Shown piece after piece: positions 1 to 10,212 of a DNA stretch of 50,110 bases. Position 1 is the stretch's first letter. Every line of letters starts with the position of its first letter. Both the position numbers and the translations under genes were made by a program. The notes below the pieces were generated by a model. It made no database searches, was not told the origin of the DNA, and worked only from the letters and a program-made list of their open reading frames with translations. The DNA is from Chara braunii (lineage: Eukaryota; Plantae; Charophyceae): assembly GCA_003427395.1 (NCBI GenBank), contig BFEA01000039.1, forward strand, positions 1,311,315 through 1,361,424, written 5' to 3'.

Positions 1-115
1 CACACACACACACACACACACACGCACACACACACACACACACACAATCAATCAATCAACAAAAAAAAAAAAAAAGCAAAATCGAATAAAAAGATAAAGA
101 AATCAATCAATCAAC

Positions 116-174
<59 letters not shown>

Positions 175-175
175 C
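1..175. repeat. (CA)n followed by (ATCA)n microsatellites
   Basis: Directly visible CA and ATCA tandem runs. Confidence 0.95.
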
Positions 176-532
176 GAAAAAAAGTTGATCTGTTTCATTT
201 ATTTTTTTTGCGTGGGGGGGTGGGGCAGGGGATGCCCTCCACCCCCCCGCCATCGCCGCCCAACTCCCCCGACTCCCCCGACTTTCGCCTTCCCTTCCCC
301 CTCCGCCCGCCCTCCGCCCTCCGCCGTCGCCGGCGCCGCCATCGCCCGCCCCCCCCCTACCCGCCGCCATCGCCGGCCCTCCGCTTCTTTTTCTTATTTG
401 TTTTCATCTTATTGTTCTTCTTATAGCCCTAGACCTCCTCCTCCTCGCCCCAGCCTATTTCTCTTTTTCTTCTTGTAGCCCTAAACCTCCTGCTTGTTTG
501 TCGTCATTGCCTTCTTTGTTTGCAGGCTCAAC

Positions 533-1243
533 ATGAAGAACAGACTGACAAAGTCTATTCCGGACCTGACCGTGGCCTCGGGCGGAAGCAAAGCACGCAG
601 CAGTGCCGGGCGCCCAAGATCGAACTTTTGAGAGGAGGGGCCAGCAGCGCATGCATTCGACAAGGACCCCGAAGAACAAGCAGAGGTCGAAGAGGAGCTC
701 AGCGGACAGGAATACGACGAAGATGAGGAGGAAGAGGAGAACCCGATGGGAGTAGAGGATGTGGGGGTAGACGAAGACGAGGAGGAGGAAGAAGAAGAAG
801 AAGATGAGAAAGAGGAAGAAGAGGAAGAAGAGGAAGAAGAGGAAAAAGAGGAAGAAGAGGAACATGAGGAAGATTAGGATGAAGAGGAAGAAGAGGATGT
901 TCAGGACGCATGCAGGGCACGGAAGAGGAGGAAAAAGGACAGTTGGGTGCATAACATTCTCTTGTCGGCGAAACAAACCAAGGAACTTCTTCCATTCTTA
1001 TGGGCTCTTTGCCTCACAGCTGTCGGAGTGAAGCTGTACGCGCAGTCGGAGAAGCACTACAAATGTTATGGCGAGATCATTTTTGCAAGTTGGGTGATGG
1101 AAGAAAAGGAATCGTTCGCCGAATTGTAGGTTTTAACAGGCAAAACGCTTGTCAGCTTCCTTGTTGCCTTGAAGAAAATGGTGCCCAACAAATTCCAGAT
1201 TGAGAACAAGAGGCTGGCGGCAGCGAGCAAAAAAGGCTGCAGG
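533..1243 (+). pseudogene. Exon 1 (acidic, D/E-rich N-terminus) of the ParB-methyltransferase gene, with three in-frame stops
   Basis: ATG at 533 follows a pyrimidine-rich tttgtttgcag acceptor (ends 525). One frame reads MKNRLTKSIPDL...EEEEDEEEE...DACRARKRRKKDSWVHNILL...FAEL*VLTGKTLVSFLVALKKMVPNKFQIENKRLAAASKKGCR, interrupted only by single stops at 629 (TGA), 875 (TAG) and 1127 (TAG). It ends at AGG|GTGCGT, a phase-0 donor at 1244 that matches the phase-0 acceptor at 4424. Confidence 0.65.
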
Positions 1244-1254
1244 GTGCGTATCCT

Positions 1255-1554
1255 CACAGCCCCGAACTGTTATAGTCCTATAACCACTGAGCAGTACTGT
1301 TTCTGCTAAGTGATTATAGTTCTATAATCTCTGAGAGGCTGTTCCGGTCTGTTGCTTGTGCTGAGTGTTCTTGCTGCAGCCCTGAACTATTAAAGTCCTC
1401 AAACCACTGAGCAATACTGTTTCTGCTGAGTGGTTTCAGTTCTACAATCGCTTCGTTTGACCGTTGTCTGTCTGTCGGTCTGTCTGGTCTGGCTCTGTCT
1501 TTCTCTGTGTCTCAGTGTCTCTGTCTGTCTCTGTGTCTCTGTGTCTCTGTGTCT

Positions 1555-1588
<34 letters not shown>

Positions 1589-1876
1589 TTGTCTGTCTCT
1601 CTCTCTGTCTGTCTGTCTGTGTCTGCCTGTCTGTCTGCCTGTATGTCTGTATGTCGGTGTGTATGTCTCTGTCTGTCTGTCTGTCTGTCTGTATGTCTGT
1701 CTGTCTGTCTGTCTATCTGTGTTTACCTGTCTGTCTGTCTGTATGTTTGTATCTCTCTGTGTCTGCATGTCTCTGTGTCTCTGTGACTCTGTCTGTCTGT
1801 CTGTCTGTCTGTGTCTGCCTGTCTGTATGTCTGTATGTCGGTGTGTTTGTCTCTGTCTGTCTGTCTTGTCTGTCTG

Positions 1877-1914
<38 letters not shown>

Positions 1915-2446
1915 GTCTGCCTGTCTGTCTGTCTGTATGTCTCTGTGTCTCCGTGTCTCTGTGTCTCTGTCTGTCTGTCTGTGTCTGCCTATCTGTCCGT
2001 ATGTATGTTTGTATGTCTGTGTGTCTCTGTGTTTCTGTGTCTCTGTGTCTCTGTCTGTCTCTGTGTCTGTCTGTTTGTCTGTCTGTCTGTGTCTGTATGT
2101 TTGTCTCTGTGTCTCTGTGTCTCTATGTCTTTGTGTCTCTGTCTGTCTCTTTGTCTCTGTATGTCTGTCTGTCTCTGTCTGTGTGTCTGTCTGTCTGTCT
2201 GTCTCTATGTCGGTGTGTATGTCTCTGCCTGTCTGTATATCTGTATGTCTCTGTGTCTCTGTGTCTCTGTCTGTCTCTTTGTCTCTGTCTGTCTGTCTGT
2301 CTCTGTCTGTCTGTTTGTCTGTATGTCGGTGTGTATGTCTCTATCAGTCTATTTGTCTGTATGTCTGTGTCTCTCTGTCTGTATGTCTGTCTCGGTGTCT
2401 CTGTGTCTCTGTCTGTCAGTCTATCAGTCAGTCTGTCAGTCAGCCA

Positions 2447-2480
<34 letters not shown>

Positions 2481-4400
2481 CTGTCTGTGTTTGCCTGCCT
2501 GTCTGTCTGTTTGTCTGTTTGTCTCTATCTGAATCTGTCTATCCGTCTGTCGGTGTGTAAGTCTCTGTCTGACTCTGGCTGTGTCTGTGTCTCTGTGTCT
2601 CTGTGTTTGTCTGTATGTCTGTTTGTCTCTGTGTCTCTGTCTGTCTCTCTGTCTGTCTGTCTGTGTCTACCCGTCTGTCTGACTGTCTGACTGTATGTCT
2701 GTATGTCTTTGTGTCTCTGTGTTTGTATGTCTGTATGTCTCTGTGTCTCTGTGTCTCTGTTGCTTGTGCTGAGTGTTTTTGCCGCAGCCCTGAAATGTTA
2801 TAGTCCTATAACCACTGAGCAGTCCTGACATGCCACAATGGTTTCAGTTCTACAATCTCTGGGAGGCTGTCCCGGTCTGTTCCTTGTGCTGAGTGTTCNN
2901 NNNNNNNNNNNNNNNNNNNNNNNNNNNNNNNNNNNNNNNNNNNNNNNNNNNNNNNNNNNNNNNNNNNNNNNNNNNNNNNNNNNNNNNNNNNNNNNNNNNN
3001 NNNNNNNNNNNNNNNNNNNNNNNNNNNNNNNNNNNNNNNNNNNNNNNNNNNNNNNNNNNNNNNNNNNNNNNNNNNNNNNNNNNNNNNNNNNNNNNNNNNN
3101 NNNNNNNNNNNNNNNNNNNNNNNNNNNNNNNNNNNNNNNNNNNNNNNNNNNNNNNNNNNNNNNNNNNNNNNNNNNNNNNNNNNNNNNNNNNNNNNNNNNN
3201 NNNNNNNNNNNNNNNNNNNNNNNNNNNNNNNNNNNNNNNNNNNNNNNNNNNNNNNNNNNNNNNNNNNNNNNNNNNNNNNNNNNNNNNNNNNNNNNNNNNN
3301 NNNNNNNNNNNNNNNNNNNNNNNNNNNNNNNNNNNNNNNNNNNNNNNNNNNNNNNNNNNNNNNNNNNNNNNNNNNNNNNNNNNNNNNNNNNNNNNNNNNN
3401 NNNNNNNNNNNNNNNNNNNNNNNNNNNNNNNNNNNNNNNNNNNNNNNNNNNNNNNNNNNNNNNNNNNNNNNNNNNNNNNNNNNNNNNNNNNNNNNNNNNN
3501 NNNNNNNNNNNNNNNNNNNNNNNNNNNNNNNNNNNNNNCTGAGTGTTCTTGCTGCAGCCCTGAAATGTTATAGTCCTATAACCACTGAGCAGTCATGACA
3601 TGCCACAATGTTAGTTCTACAATCTCTGAGAGGCTGTCCCGATCTATTCCTTGTGCTGAGTGTTCTTGCTGCAGCCCTGAAATGTTATAGTCCTATAACC
3701 NNNNNNNNNNNNNNNNNNNNNNNNNNNNNNNNNNNNNNNNNNNNNNNNNNNNNNNNNNNNNNNNNNNNNNNNNNNNNNNNNNNNNNNNNNNNNNNNNNNN
3801 NNNNNNNNNNNNNNNNNNNNNNNNNNNNNNNNNNNNNNNNNNNNNNNNNNNNNNNNNNNNNNNNNNNNNNNNNNNNNNNNNNNNNNNNNNNNNNNNNNNN
3901 NNNNNNNNNNNNNNNNNNNNNNNNNNNNNNNNNNNNNNNNNNNNNNNNNCAATGTTAGTTCTACAATCTCTGAGAGGCTGTCCCGATCTATTCCTTGTGC
4001 TGAGTGTTCTTGCTGCAGCCCTGAAATGTTATAGTCCTATAACCTCTGAGCAGTCCTGACATGCCATAACGGTTTCAGTTCTACAATCTCTGAGAGGCTG
4101 TCCCGGTCTGTTCTGAGTGTTCTTGCTGCAGTCCTGAACTGTTATAGTCCTATAACCACGAAGCAGTATTGTTTCTGCTAAGCGGTTTCGGTTCTACAAT
4201 CGCTGAGAGGCTGTCCCAGTTCTTTGCTTGTTCTGAGTGTTCTTGCTGCAGCCCCGAACTGTTATAGTCCTATAACCACCGAGCAGTACTGTTTCTGCTA
4301 AGTGATTATAGTTATGTAATCTCTGAGAGTCTGTCCCGGTCTGTTGCTTGTGCTGAGTTTTCTTGCTGCAGCCCTGAACTGTTATAGTCCTATAACCACA
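1255..4400. repeat. ~113-120-bp tandem repeat array with 16-bp palindrome GTTATAGTCCTATAAC (interrupted by microsatellite and N gaps)
   Basis: Exact GTTATAGTCCTATAAC copies at 1269, 2797, 3567, 3684, 4028, 4141, 4261 and 4381. The unit also contains ctgagaggctgtcccggtctg and gctgagtgttcttgctgcagccctgaa. A second palindrome-like site (GATTATAGTTCTATAATC at 1312, and gtttcagttctacaatc variants) lies within each unit. Confidence 0.92.
1460..2760. repeat. Degenerate (TGTC/TCTG)n microsatellite
   Basis: About 1.3 kb of TGTC/TCTC-type tandem units. The overlapping ORFs are SVCL low-complexity artefacts. Confidence 0.95.
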
Positions 4401-4424
4401 ATGCCCGTTTTTTTGTTCGTGCAG

Positions 4425-7097
4425 GTTTTCATTGGAGAGCTCGGTGAATACTTGGATCCACGTCTTAAGACCAGGCTTCTTCCGTTCAGGTACCCGGTCG
4501 CTGAGCCGACGTCGACCCCAGGCCCGTCGAAAACCAAGCCAGGCAAGCGGCGAACGCCTCCTCCAGTTGTAGTCTCCCCGCAGACGTGTGTCGAGTCCTC
4601 GGCAACTCTAGAGAAAGGTTCAGGTACAAAGCCGAAAACTCCGAAAAAGAAAGTACTTGTGGAGAAAGCTGCGGTGTCTTCGAAAGGGAAAGGCAAACCT
4701 CCGCAAGACGAGCTGGGTACGGAGCCGAAACCTCCGAGTACCTGCGGCGAAAACTGCGGCGTCTTCGAAAGGAAAAGGCAAAGCTCCGCAAGACGAGCTT
4801 CAAGTTCCTCGAGGTCTTGTTCTCGGCGACTCACCGACGAGCTGACACGGACCTGGAACGAGCTGAAGAGTTTAAAGGAGAATAAAATTTCCCAAGAGCT
4901 TTTTTACCTGCCCATGTCGTGTCTTCGACGACCGCCGAAGGATGGAACGGGAAACAGGCCACTCGAGATTCGGGAGCCCGAAGACGACCATTTTTCCACA
5001 ATCATGGATTCGATGATTACTTGCCCGACTGGGGATCATCTTCCCTTCATTGGTATCGTGGATCCGTCGGAGGTGAAAGATAAGAGGGACGTGGATGTGG
5101 CCCAGTTACGCAAGGGTGGCTACACCATATATGTTCTTGGAGGTGGACATTGCCGGGAGGCGAGGGAGCGCCTGCAGAAGATCTACCCTGACAAGGAGGA
5201 TTACAAATGGAATGTGTGCTATGTCTATGCGGGTCTGACTACAGAAGAAGCGAGGCAGGTGGGTCACAAACACAATTTGGCAGCTGGCTACCACAGAGAT
5301 TTGAACTTCATCGAGAAGATGAAATGTTGGCGTAACATCTTCGAGAGAATGGGGTCTGTGAAGAACGCTGAGGTGAAGTTGGCCTGCCTGCGGGAGTTCG
5401 GCATACCGTGTTCTACCAAGAAGCTGCAGAATAATGACTCATTGTTGCAGATCGCGATGCATCCCAAAGAGATCTGGGACCTGCAACTGCGGATTTTTGA
5501 GATGTGGCAGAAGGGGGAGGTCAAGAACCAGAAACTCAAGCCTCTGGCGAAAAGTCAGATCCGCACAGACGTCGCTCCAGAGTCCATCGAGTCGGAAGGT
5601 GGCAAGAAAAAGCGCGGGGCGAGAAAGCCGGACAGGGCTGTCGCAAAGCAGCAAGAGATGACGTTCTTCAATCCTCGCCTAAAATTGAAGGACAACAAAG
5701 TTGTTTCGGCCCCGGCTGACATGTCTGCGCAGCCGTGGATTACGATGGGCAATATCCCGCACGACGCTATCATCCCCATCTTGACGAAAGTTGTGTCCAA
5801 GCAGATCTCCCCGGAAGAGATGGAGAGGAAGTTCAAGGTCGTGAAGAAGTTTGGCTACGTTGCAAAGGCCTTCTGGGATGATGTCAAATGCAAAGACTTC
5901 AAAACCGCAGAGGAGTTGTATCCTTTGCACACCAAGAAGGAGGTTCTCGAGCCATTCATTGGGAGTTTTGAGAGGCGAGGGGCGAAACCCACTGCTTTGC
6001 TAAATCACACTGGACGAGCGAAGGAGTGGAGGAAGATGGAGGACAAGAGGATTAAAGATGCACAAAGAGCGAGTCACGATTTCTTCCGAGCGCATTCCCT
6101 GGACGACCCTTTCGCGGACTGGACCGACGTGAAGTACGAAGGGTGCTTGGGGCAGGTCAAGGTCATTCAAGGCGATATGTTGCATTTGGCACAGCTCCAA
6201 AAGGACAAGGTGCTGATTTCCCTTTCCATCTTCGATTTGCCCTACGGCTTTGCGCACAAAGGACACGCGCGTGACACGGAGTCGTTCCCGAAGAGTGACA
6301 TTGTCGCTGTGCTCCAGAATGTCAAGGAGGTTTCGAGCGCATCGCTCTGGACAGTCGCTGCTTTCTGCTCTGTGGACATGCTATCCTCAGTGAGGTCCGC
6401 ATTTGCGAAGATCTGCAATGCTGGTCAACAGCTTGTCACGTGGTGCAAGCCAAACACGACGAATCCCGGTGGCCCGAGACTTGTCAGCGCGACGGAGTTC
6501 TGCATTCTGGGGTACTACAATGTGACAGGCCAACGTGAGATGACGCATTACAACTTCACTCTCACCGATCCCCGCCACAACTTCCAACTTTTTGATGCGG
6601 TCACGCGAAAGTTTGTGCACCCGGCTGATGACAAGGTGCTTTGTCCGTACCAGAAAGCTTATGCATTGTATTCCTTGTTGGTCACACCAGGTGCCACCGT
6701 TTTGGACGGCTTTTCGGGCTTAGGTACGGGGGCCATTGCTTGCGTGATGGCGAACAGGAACTGTCTTGTCGTGGAGCTGGACAAGCGATGTGCGAAGGGA
6801 ATCCGCATGAGGCTGCTCACTGACCTCGAAGGGACGTTGCAGAGAGAAAAGCCAAAAGAGGGGAAGGGCAAGTCGAAGGAACAACACCCTGATGCGGACG
6901 TTGAGGTGTCTGGGGATCACGACCTCGAGGTGGAAGAGCAACATGCTGAGGAAGCCACGGCGAGGGAGACTTCCGGCCAGGAGATGACGCAGGAGACGTG
7001 GGAGCCCATGCCGGGATTGATTGCAACCGAAGCCAATCTGCCGGCAGGATCTGACCAGCGTGAGGAACCGCCCGTGGCAGTACCTCCAGAGGAGTAG
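4425..7097 (+). CDS. ParB/Srx-like domain fused to a beta-class DNA N6-adenine/N4-cytosine methyltransferase (exon 2; lies within ORF 4344-7097)
   Basis: ParB/Srx-like core FIGIVDP...YTIYVLGGGHCREARERL (~5047-5175). MTase motifs occur in beta order: VIQGDML, IFDLPYG (DPPY-like, ~6231-6248), TWCKPN, ATEFCILG, CPYQKA (HPTQKP-like), VLDGFSGLGTGAIA (FxGxG SAM motif I, ~6699-6740) and NRNCLVVELD. The frame is open for ~890 codons. Confidence 0.85.
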   Translation, partial: VFIGELGEYLDPRLKTRLLPFRYPVAEPTSTPGPSKTKPGKRRTPPPVVVSPQTCVESSATLEKGSGTKPKTPKKKVLVEKAAVSSKGKGKPPQDELGTEPKPPSTCGENCGVFERKRQSSARRASSSSRSCSRRLTDELTRTWNELKSLKENKISQELFYLPMSCLRRPPKDGTGNRPLEIREPEDDHFSTIMDSMITCPTGDHLPFIGIVDPSEVKDKRDVDVAQLRKGGYTIYVLGGGHCREARERLQKIYPDKEDYKWNVCYVYAGLTTEEARQVGHKHNLAAGYHRDLNFIEKMKCWRNIFERMGSVKNAEVKLACLREFGIPCSTKKLQNNDSLLQIAMHPKEIWDLQLRIFEMWQKGEVKNQKLKPLAKSQIRTDVAPESIESEGGKKKRGARKPDRAVAKQQEMTFFNPRLKLKDNKVVSAPADMSAQPWITMGNIPHDAIIPILTKVVSKQISPEEMERKFKVVKKFGYVAKAFWDDVKCKDFKTAEELYPLHTKKEVLEPFIGSFERRGAKPTALLNHTGRAKEWRKMEDKRIKDAQRASHDFFRAHSLDDPFADWTDVKYEGCLGQVKVIQGDMLHLAQLQKDKVLISLSIFDLPYGFAHKGHARDTESFPKSDIVAVLQNVKEVSSASLWTVAAFCSVDMLSSVRSAFAKICNAGQQLVTWCKPNTTNPGGPRLVSATEFCILGYYNVTGQREMTHYNFTLTDPRHNFQLFDAVTRKFVHPADDKVLCPYQKAYALYSLLVTPGATVLDGFSGLGTGAIACVMANRNCLVVELDKRCAKGIRMRLLTDLEGTLQREKPKEGKGKSKEQHPDADVEVSGDHDLEVEEQHAEEATARETSGQEMTQETWEPMPGLIATEANLPAGSDQREEPPVAVPPEE

Positions 7098-7244
7098 ATG
7101 GCACAAAGCCAGGACTCAAGTCAAGCGATAGGGCCAGAAACACGAGGTCGTAAGAGAAAGATCGGAGGATAGGAGGCGGTCAGCTCCTTGTGATGGGTCT
7201 GTGCAGCAATGCTCGGTCGCGTGTGCGGAAATAAGCAAGGGCGC

Positions 7245-7380
7245 ATATAGTTCTATAACTTGTTTTTGTTATAGAACTATATTTGAGACCGGGGAGTGCT
7301 GTTGTTGTCGTCGTCGCTTGTTTATGTTATAGAACTATATTTGAGACCGGGAACGCTGTTGTTGTCGTCGTCGCTTATTG
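7245..7380. repeat. Perfect 15-bp inverted repeat plus 59-bp tandem duplication downstream of the MTase gene
   Basis: ATATAGTTCTATAAC (7245-7259) and GTTATAGAACTATAT (7268-7282) form the inverted repeat. gttatagaactatatttgagaccggg..gctgttgttgtcgtcgtcgctt occurs at 7268 and 7327. Confidence 0.85.
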
Positions 7381-7684
7381 TAGTCCTATATCGCTTCTCA
7401 TATTTCTACACCCACTGTGAAAGACTTCTATATCTGAGACTGGGGACTGTGCGCACTTTTGTTTCGTCCTTAGTCCCGGATCTAGTGACGCTTGGATCAA
7501 GCCGTTTTTCCACTGTCGTAGGGATGTAGTCCTGTGTTCACTTTTGATGTGATGTAGTCCTCTACCCGCTTTTGCTGTGACGTGGTCTTGGATCCACTGT
7601 TGTACTAGTACTGGCTCTTGTCCTTTTAGCACTTTTAGCACTTTTACCCACCAGTGGTCATTCTACTCCTGTTTTGATGGCAAA

Positions 7685-7706
7685 CATTTCTCTTTTTTTC
7701 TTTTTT

Positions 7707-7737
<31 letters not shown>

Positions 7738-7855
7738 TAATTTTTTTTTTTGTATGTTTTTTTTTGTTTTTTTTTTTTTTTTTTTTTTTNTTTTTTTTCT
7801 TTTTTTTTTTTTAATCTTTTTTTTTAATCTTTTTTTTTCACTTTTTCTCTTTTTT
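7685..7855. repeat. Poly(T)-rich low-complexity tract
   Basis: Directly visible. Confidence 0.9.
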
Positions 7856-8149
7856 GAGGCGGCTGTTGTGTCATTTTCCTTTTGGGTTTCAAGGACATAA
7901 GTCTTGAGTGAGGTTTTGTCATTTGTCCCGAGTTCTATTCGGACTTAACAATTTGTTTTCCATTTTCTCTTGGGGAATTGGTTGAGCACACAGGAACGTG
8001 GCTGGCTCCGCTGCGTCGTTTCCTGCCCGCTTTTTCGGGTGTCAAAATAGTTCGTTTGATACATTTGTGGTTCTGCTCGGTGTGATAGCTGAATGATTGT
8101 GGTCCTTTGCTCTGTGCGAAGCGTGCTGCCATGTCTTTGCTTCTGCTCA

Positions 8150-8490
8150 CTATCGTTATTGGAATCATGCCCTGACAGTGGCGAGCGTCTCAGTTGCTTT
8201 AGTCCTGTAATCGTTCTCGTTGTTCGAGCTACAGCATCTGAATGATTGTAGTCCTGTAATCACTGGGGCGGGTCGTGCCACAGTCCTGGTTTTGCTCGGT
8301 ATCGTTGTTGGAGTCGTGGCCTGACAACGGCGACCGTCTCAATTGTTGGAGTCCTTTACTCGTTCTCGTTGTTCGCCCTACAACCTGTGAATGATTGTAC
8401 TCATCTAATTATTCTCATTGCTTGAGCTACAGCCTCTGAATGATTTTAGTCCTATGTTAATCACTTTGGCGGGTGGTGTCACAGTCTTGT
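8150..8490. repeat. Degenerate ~150-bp tandem duplication carrying tagtcctgtaatc-type motif variants
   Basis: tatcgtt.ttgga.tc.tg.cctgaca...gcga.cgtctca.ttg...agtcct.ta.tcgttctcgttgttcg..ctaca at 8151 and 8300, and gattgtagtcctgtaatc at ~8245. Confidence 0.7.
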
Positions 8491-8772
8491 TTCTGGTCCG
8501 TCCTCGAAATGGTTTGTTTGCAGCAGTCTGAAATCGCTACCAAACGCATCGTTGCTCTCAAACTAGTCCCTTGAATGTTGAACATTTGTTTTGACGCCTA
8601 CTTGATACTGAACAAGGCCTTTTTCGCAAACATGTTTTAGAGTCCTCTACATATGGCCTCTTTGACAAACATGTTCTAAACAGTTTGCAAGCAGAACAGT
8701 TCACATTTGTGCACCTATCTAGATTCACGCTATGGATCCAATCCACTTTGCTAGTCGGACCTCGGCACGTCA

Positions 8773-9942
8773 CTCGAGTACCCTGCTGCTATTGTAATGA
8801 TTATGGATGAGGTGTTGGACACCGTAGACTCATTTCGCAAGTAAATATGGGGAGCTGGATTAGTATCTATCGCCAAGGATAACAATCACGTATCCCATGG
8901 TGATCTGGGTTGATGTCTGGAGAAATGGTGGTGCGGTGGATTATTTTTTTTCGATTTTTGTGCGGAGGAGTTCTGTTTCTCATTGATATTTCATTCCTAC
9001 TGGTAGCTATCATGGAGGTGTGTTTAGTTCTGAACTTGTGCTCCTACTTCTCGTGAATAAAGGAGGAGCCTACTAGTGGTATTGATTCTCTATGCTTTCT
9101 CGGGACTTAATGGTGTCAAAGGAGTTGCAATCCTGAGTTGTATCTTGATTGGGCGTTTTGCCTTGGTATTTTTTTGATAGGCGAGTAGGTCGGGTGTTGT
9201 GTGGATAATCGGGGACTTTGACCTGAGGGTATTGGAGGCATGTCATTTTCAAATAGTCACGATCGCTGGTTGATGCACAACCTGTCAGCAACCTCTACTT
9301 GTGCCCTAAATAGCCGGATAGTTATTGGGGTGAGGAATTAGTTCGGCGCTCTGACGAATGCGATTTTTTGCAGAGTTTGTTGTGATGATGCTTGAAGTAT
9401 GAGTGGATGACGGGAATTATCCCAATAATTGTTGAAAGGCTCTTGAGTATATTGGATGTTTACCTCTATTATCTCCTTTTCTCACTCTGCTTACCTCTGC
9501 CTCGCTCCCTTTGTAAGATACACTTCCACTACTCTACCTTTCTCCTCTCTCTCTTTTCTCTCCCTCTCTCTCTCTCTCTCTCCCCCTCTCCTTAACCTCT
9601 CGCGCTCTTTTTCTCGAATATATGATGCGCCCTCCTCCCCAGTACCTCTCCCGTCTTCTGAATCGTCTGACCACCCTTGTTATGATCGTAGCATCTGTTC
9701 ATTTGAGTGTGCAATTGTATTTCTGACTAGATGCTTGTCATTGTAATAAATGGATGGTAAGCGTTGTGTGCTAGGACGAGGATGCACTCAAACATTTTTC
9801 TTCCTTCGCCTGCCCTTTGTGAAAGTAAAATGCCATAAGAAGAGTTGATGATCCCTTTCTTCTTTGGGCCCGAATTGCATCGAGCAAAGCTTTGCAGCCT
9901 GCCATGACTATGCTCGTGGGGGTTTAGTATCATATTACACAC
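8773..9942 (+). repeat. Left terminal direct repeat (pseudo-LTR) of the Penelope-like element
   Basis: Starts ctcgagtaccctg(c/t)tgctattgtaatgattatggatgagg, the same start as at 16050, and is colinear through to tttagtatcatattacacac. Confidence 0.88.
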
Positions 9943-10212
9943 TCACAGGGCACTTGCGCCCGCCCGTTTGCCAGCAGGGAGGTCGACTCCCCCCTACCAG
10001 GTTGTATACAGTTGTTCGATGTGTGAGGCTTTAAATGGGGATAGTCACTTTTGGAATGATAATCTCCTCTGAAGGAATAGAGGATTTGACGTTTATTGTG
10101 TTTCCTTCCGACGGTATTACGCTCACTATTTGTTATTGTTTGCTATGTGACAAAATCCATCTTCTCACCGAACGGATGATACTGTGAGCTCATTCAGGGG
10201 GAACATGCGTGG

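Larger units (their letters stand above)
1244..4424 (+). other. Predicted GT-AG intron made of a ~120-bp tandem repeat array and a TGTC microsatellite
   Basis: Donor gtgcgt at 1244 and acceptor tttttttgttcgtgcag ending at 4424. Splicing joins KKGCR to VFIGELGEYLDP in frame. Confidence 0.6.

Noticed and set aside
1430-3958. Long ORFs (up to 408 aa) rich in S/V/C/L or X
   Set aside because: They are translations of TGTC microsatellite and N gaps.
1255-4400. CRISPR array interpretation of the regularly spaced palindromic repeats
   Set aside because: The sequences between palindromes are themselves repeated rather than unique spacers, no cas genes are present, and the context is a eukaryotic intron.
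4344-4424. Annotated N-terminus MLVLSFLAAALNCYSP resembling a signal peptide
   Set aside because: It is translated tandem-repeat DNA upstream of a strong splice acceptor at 4424.
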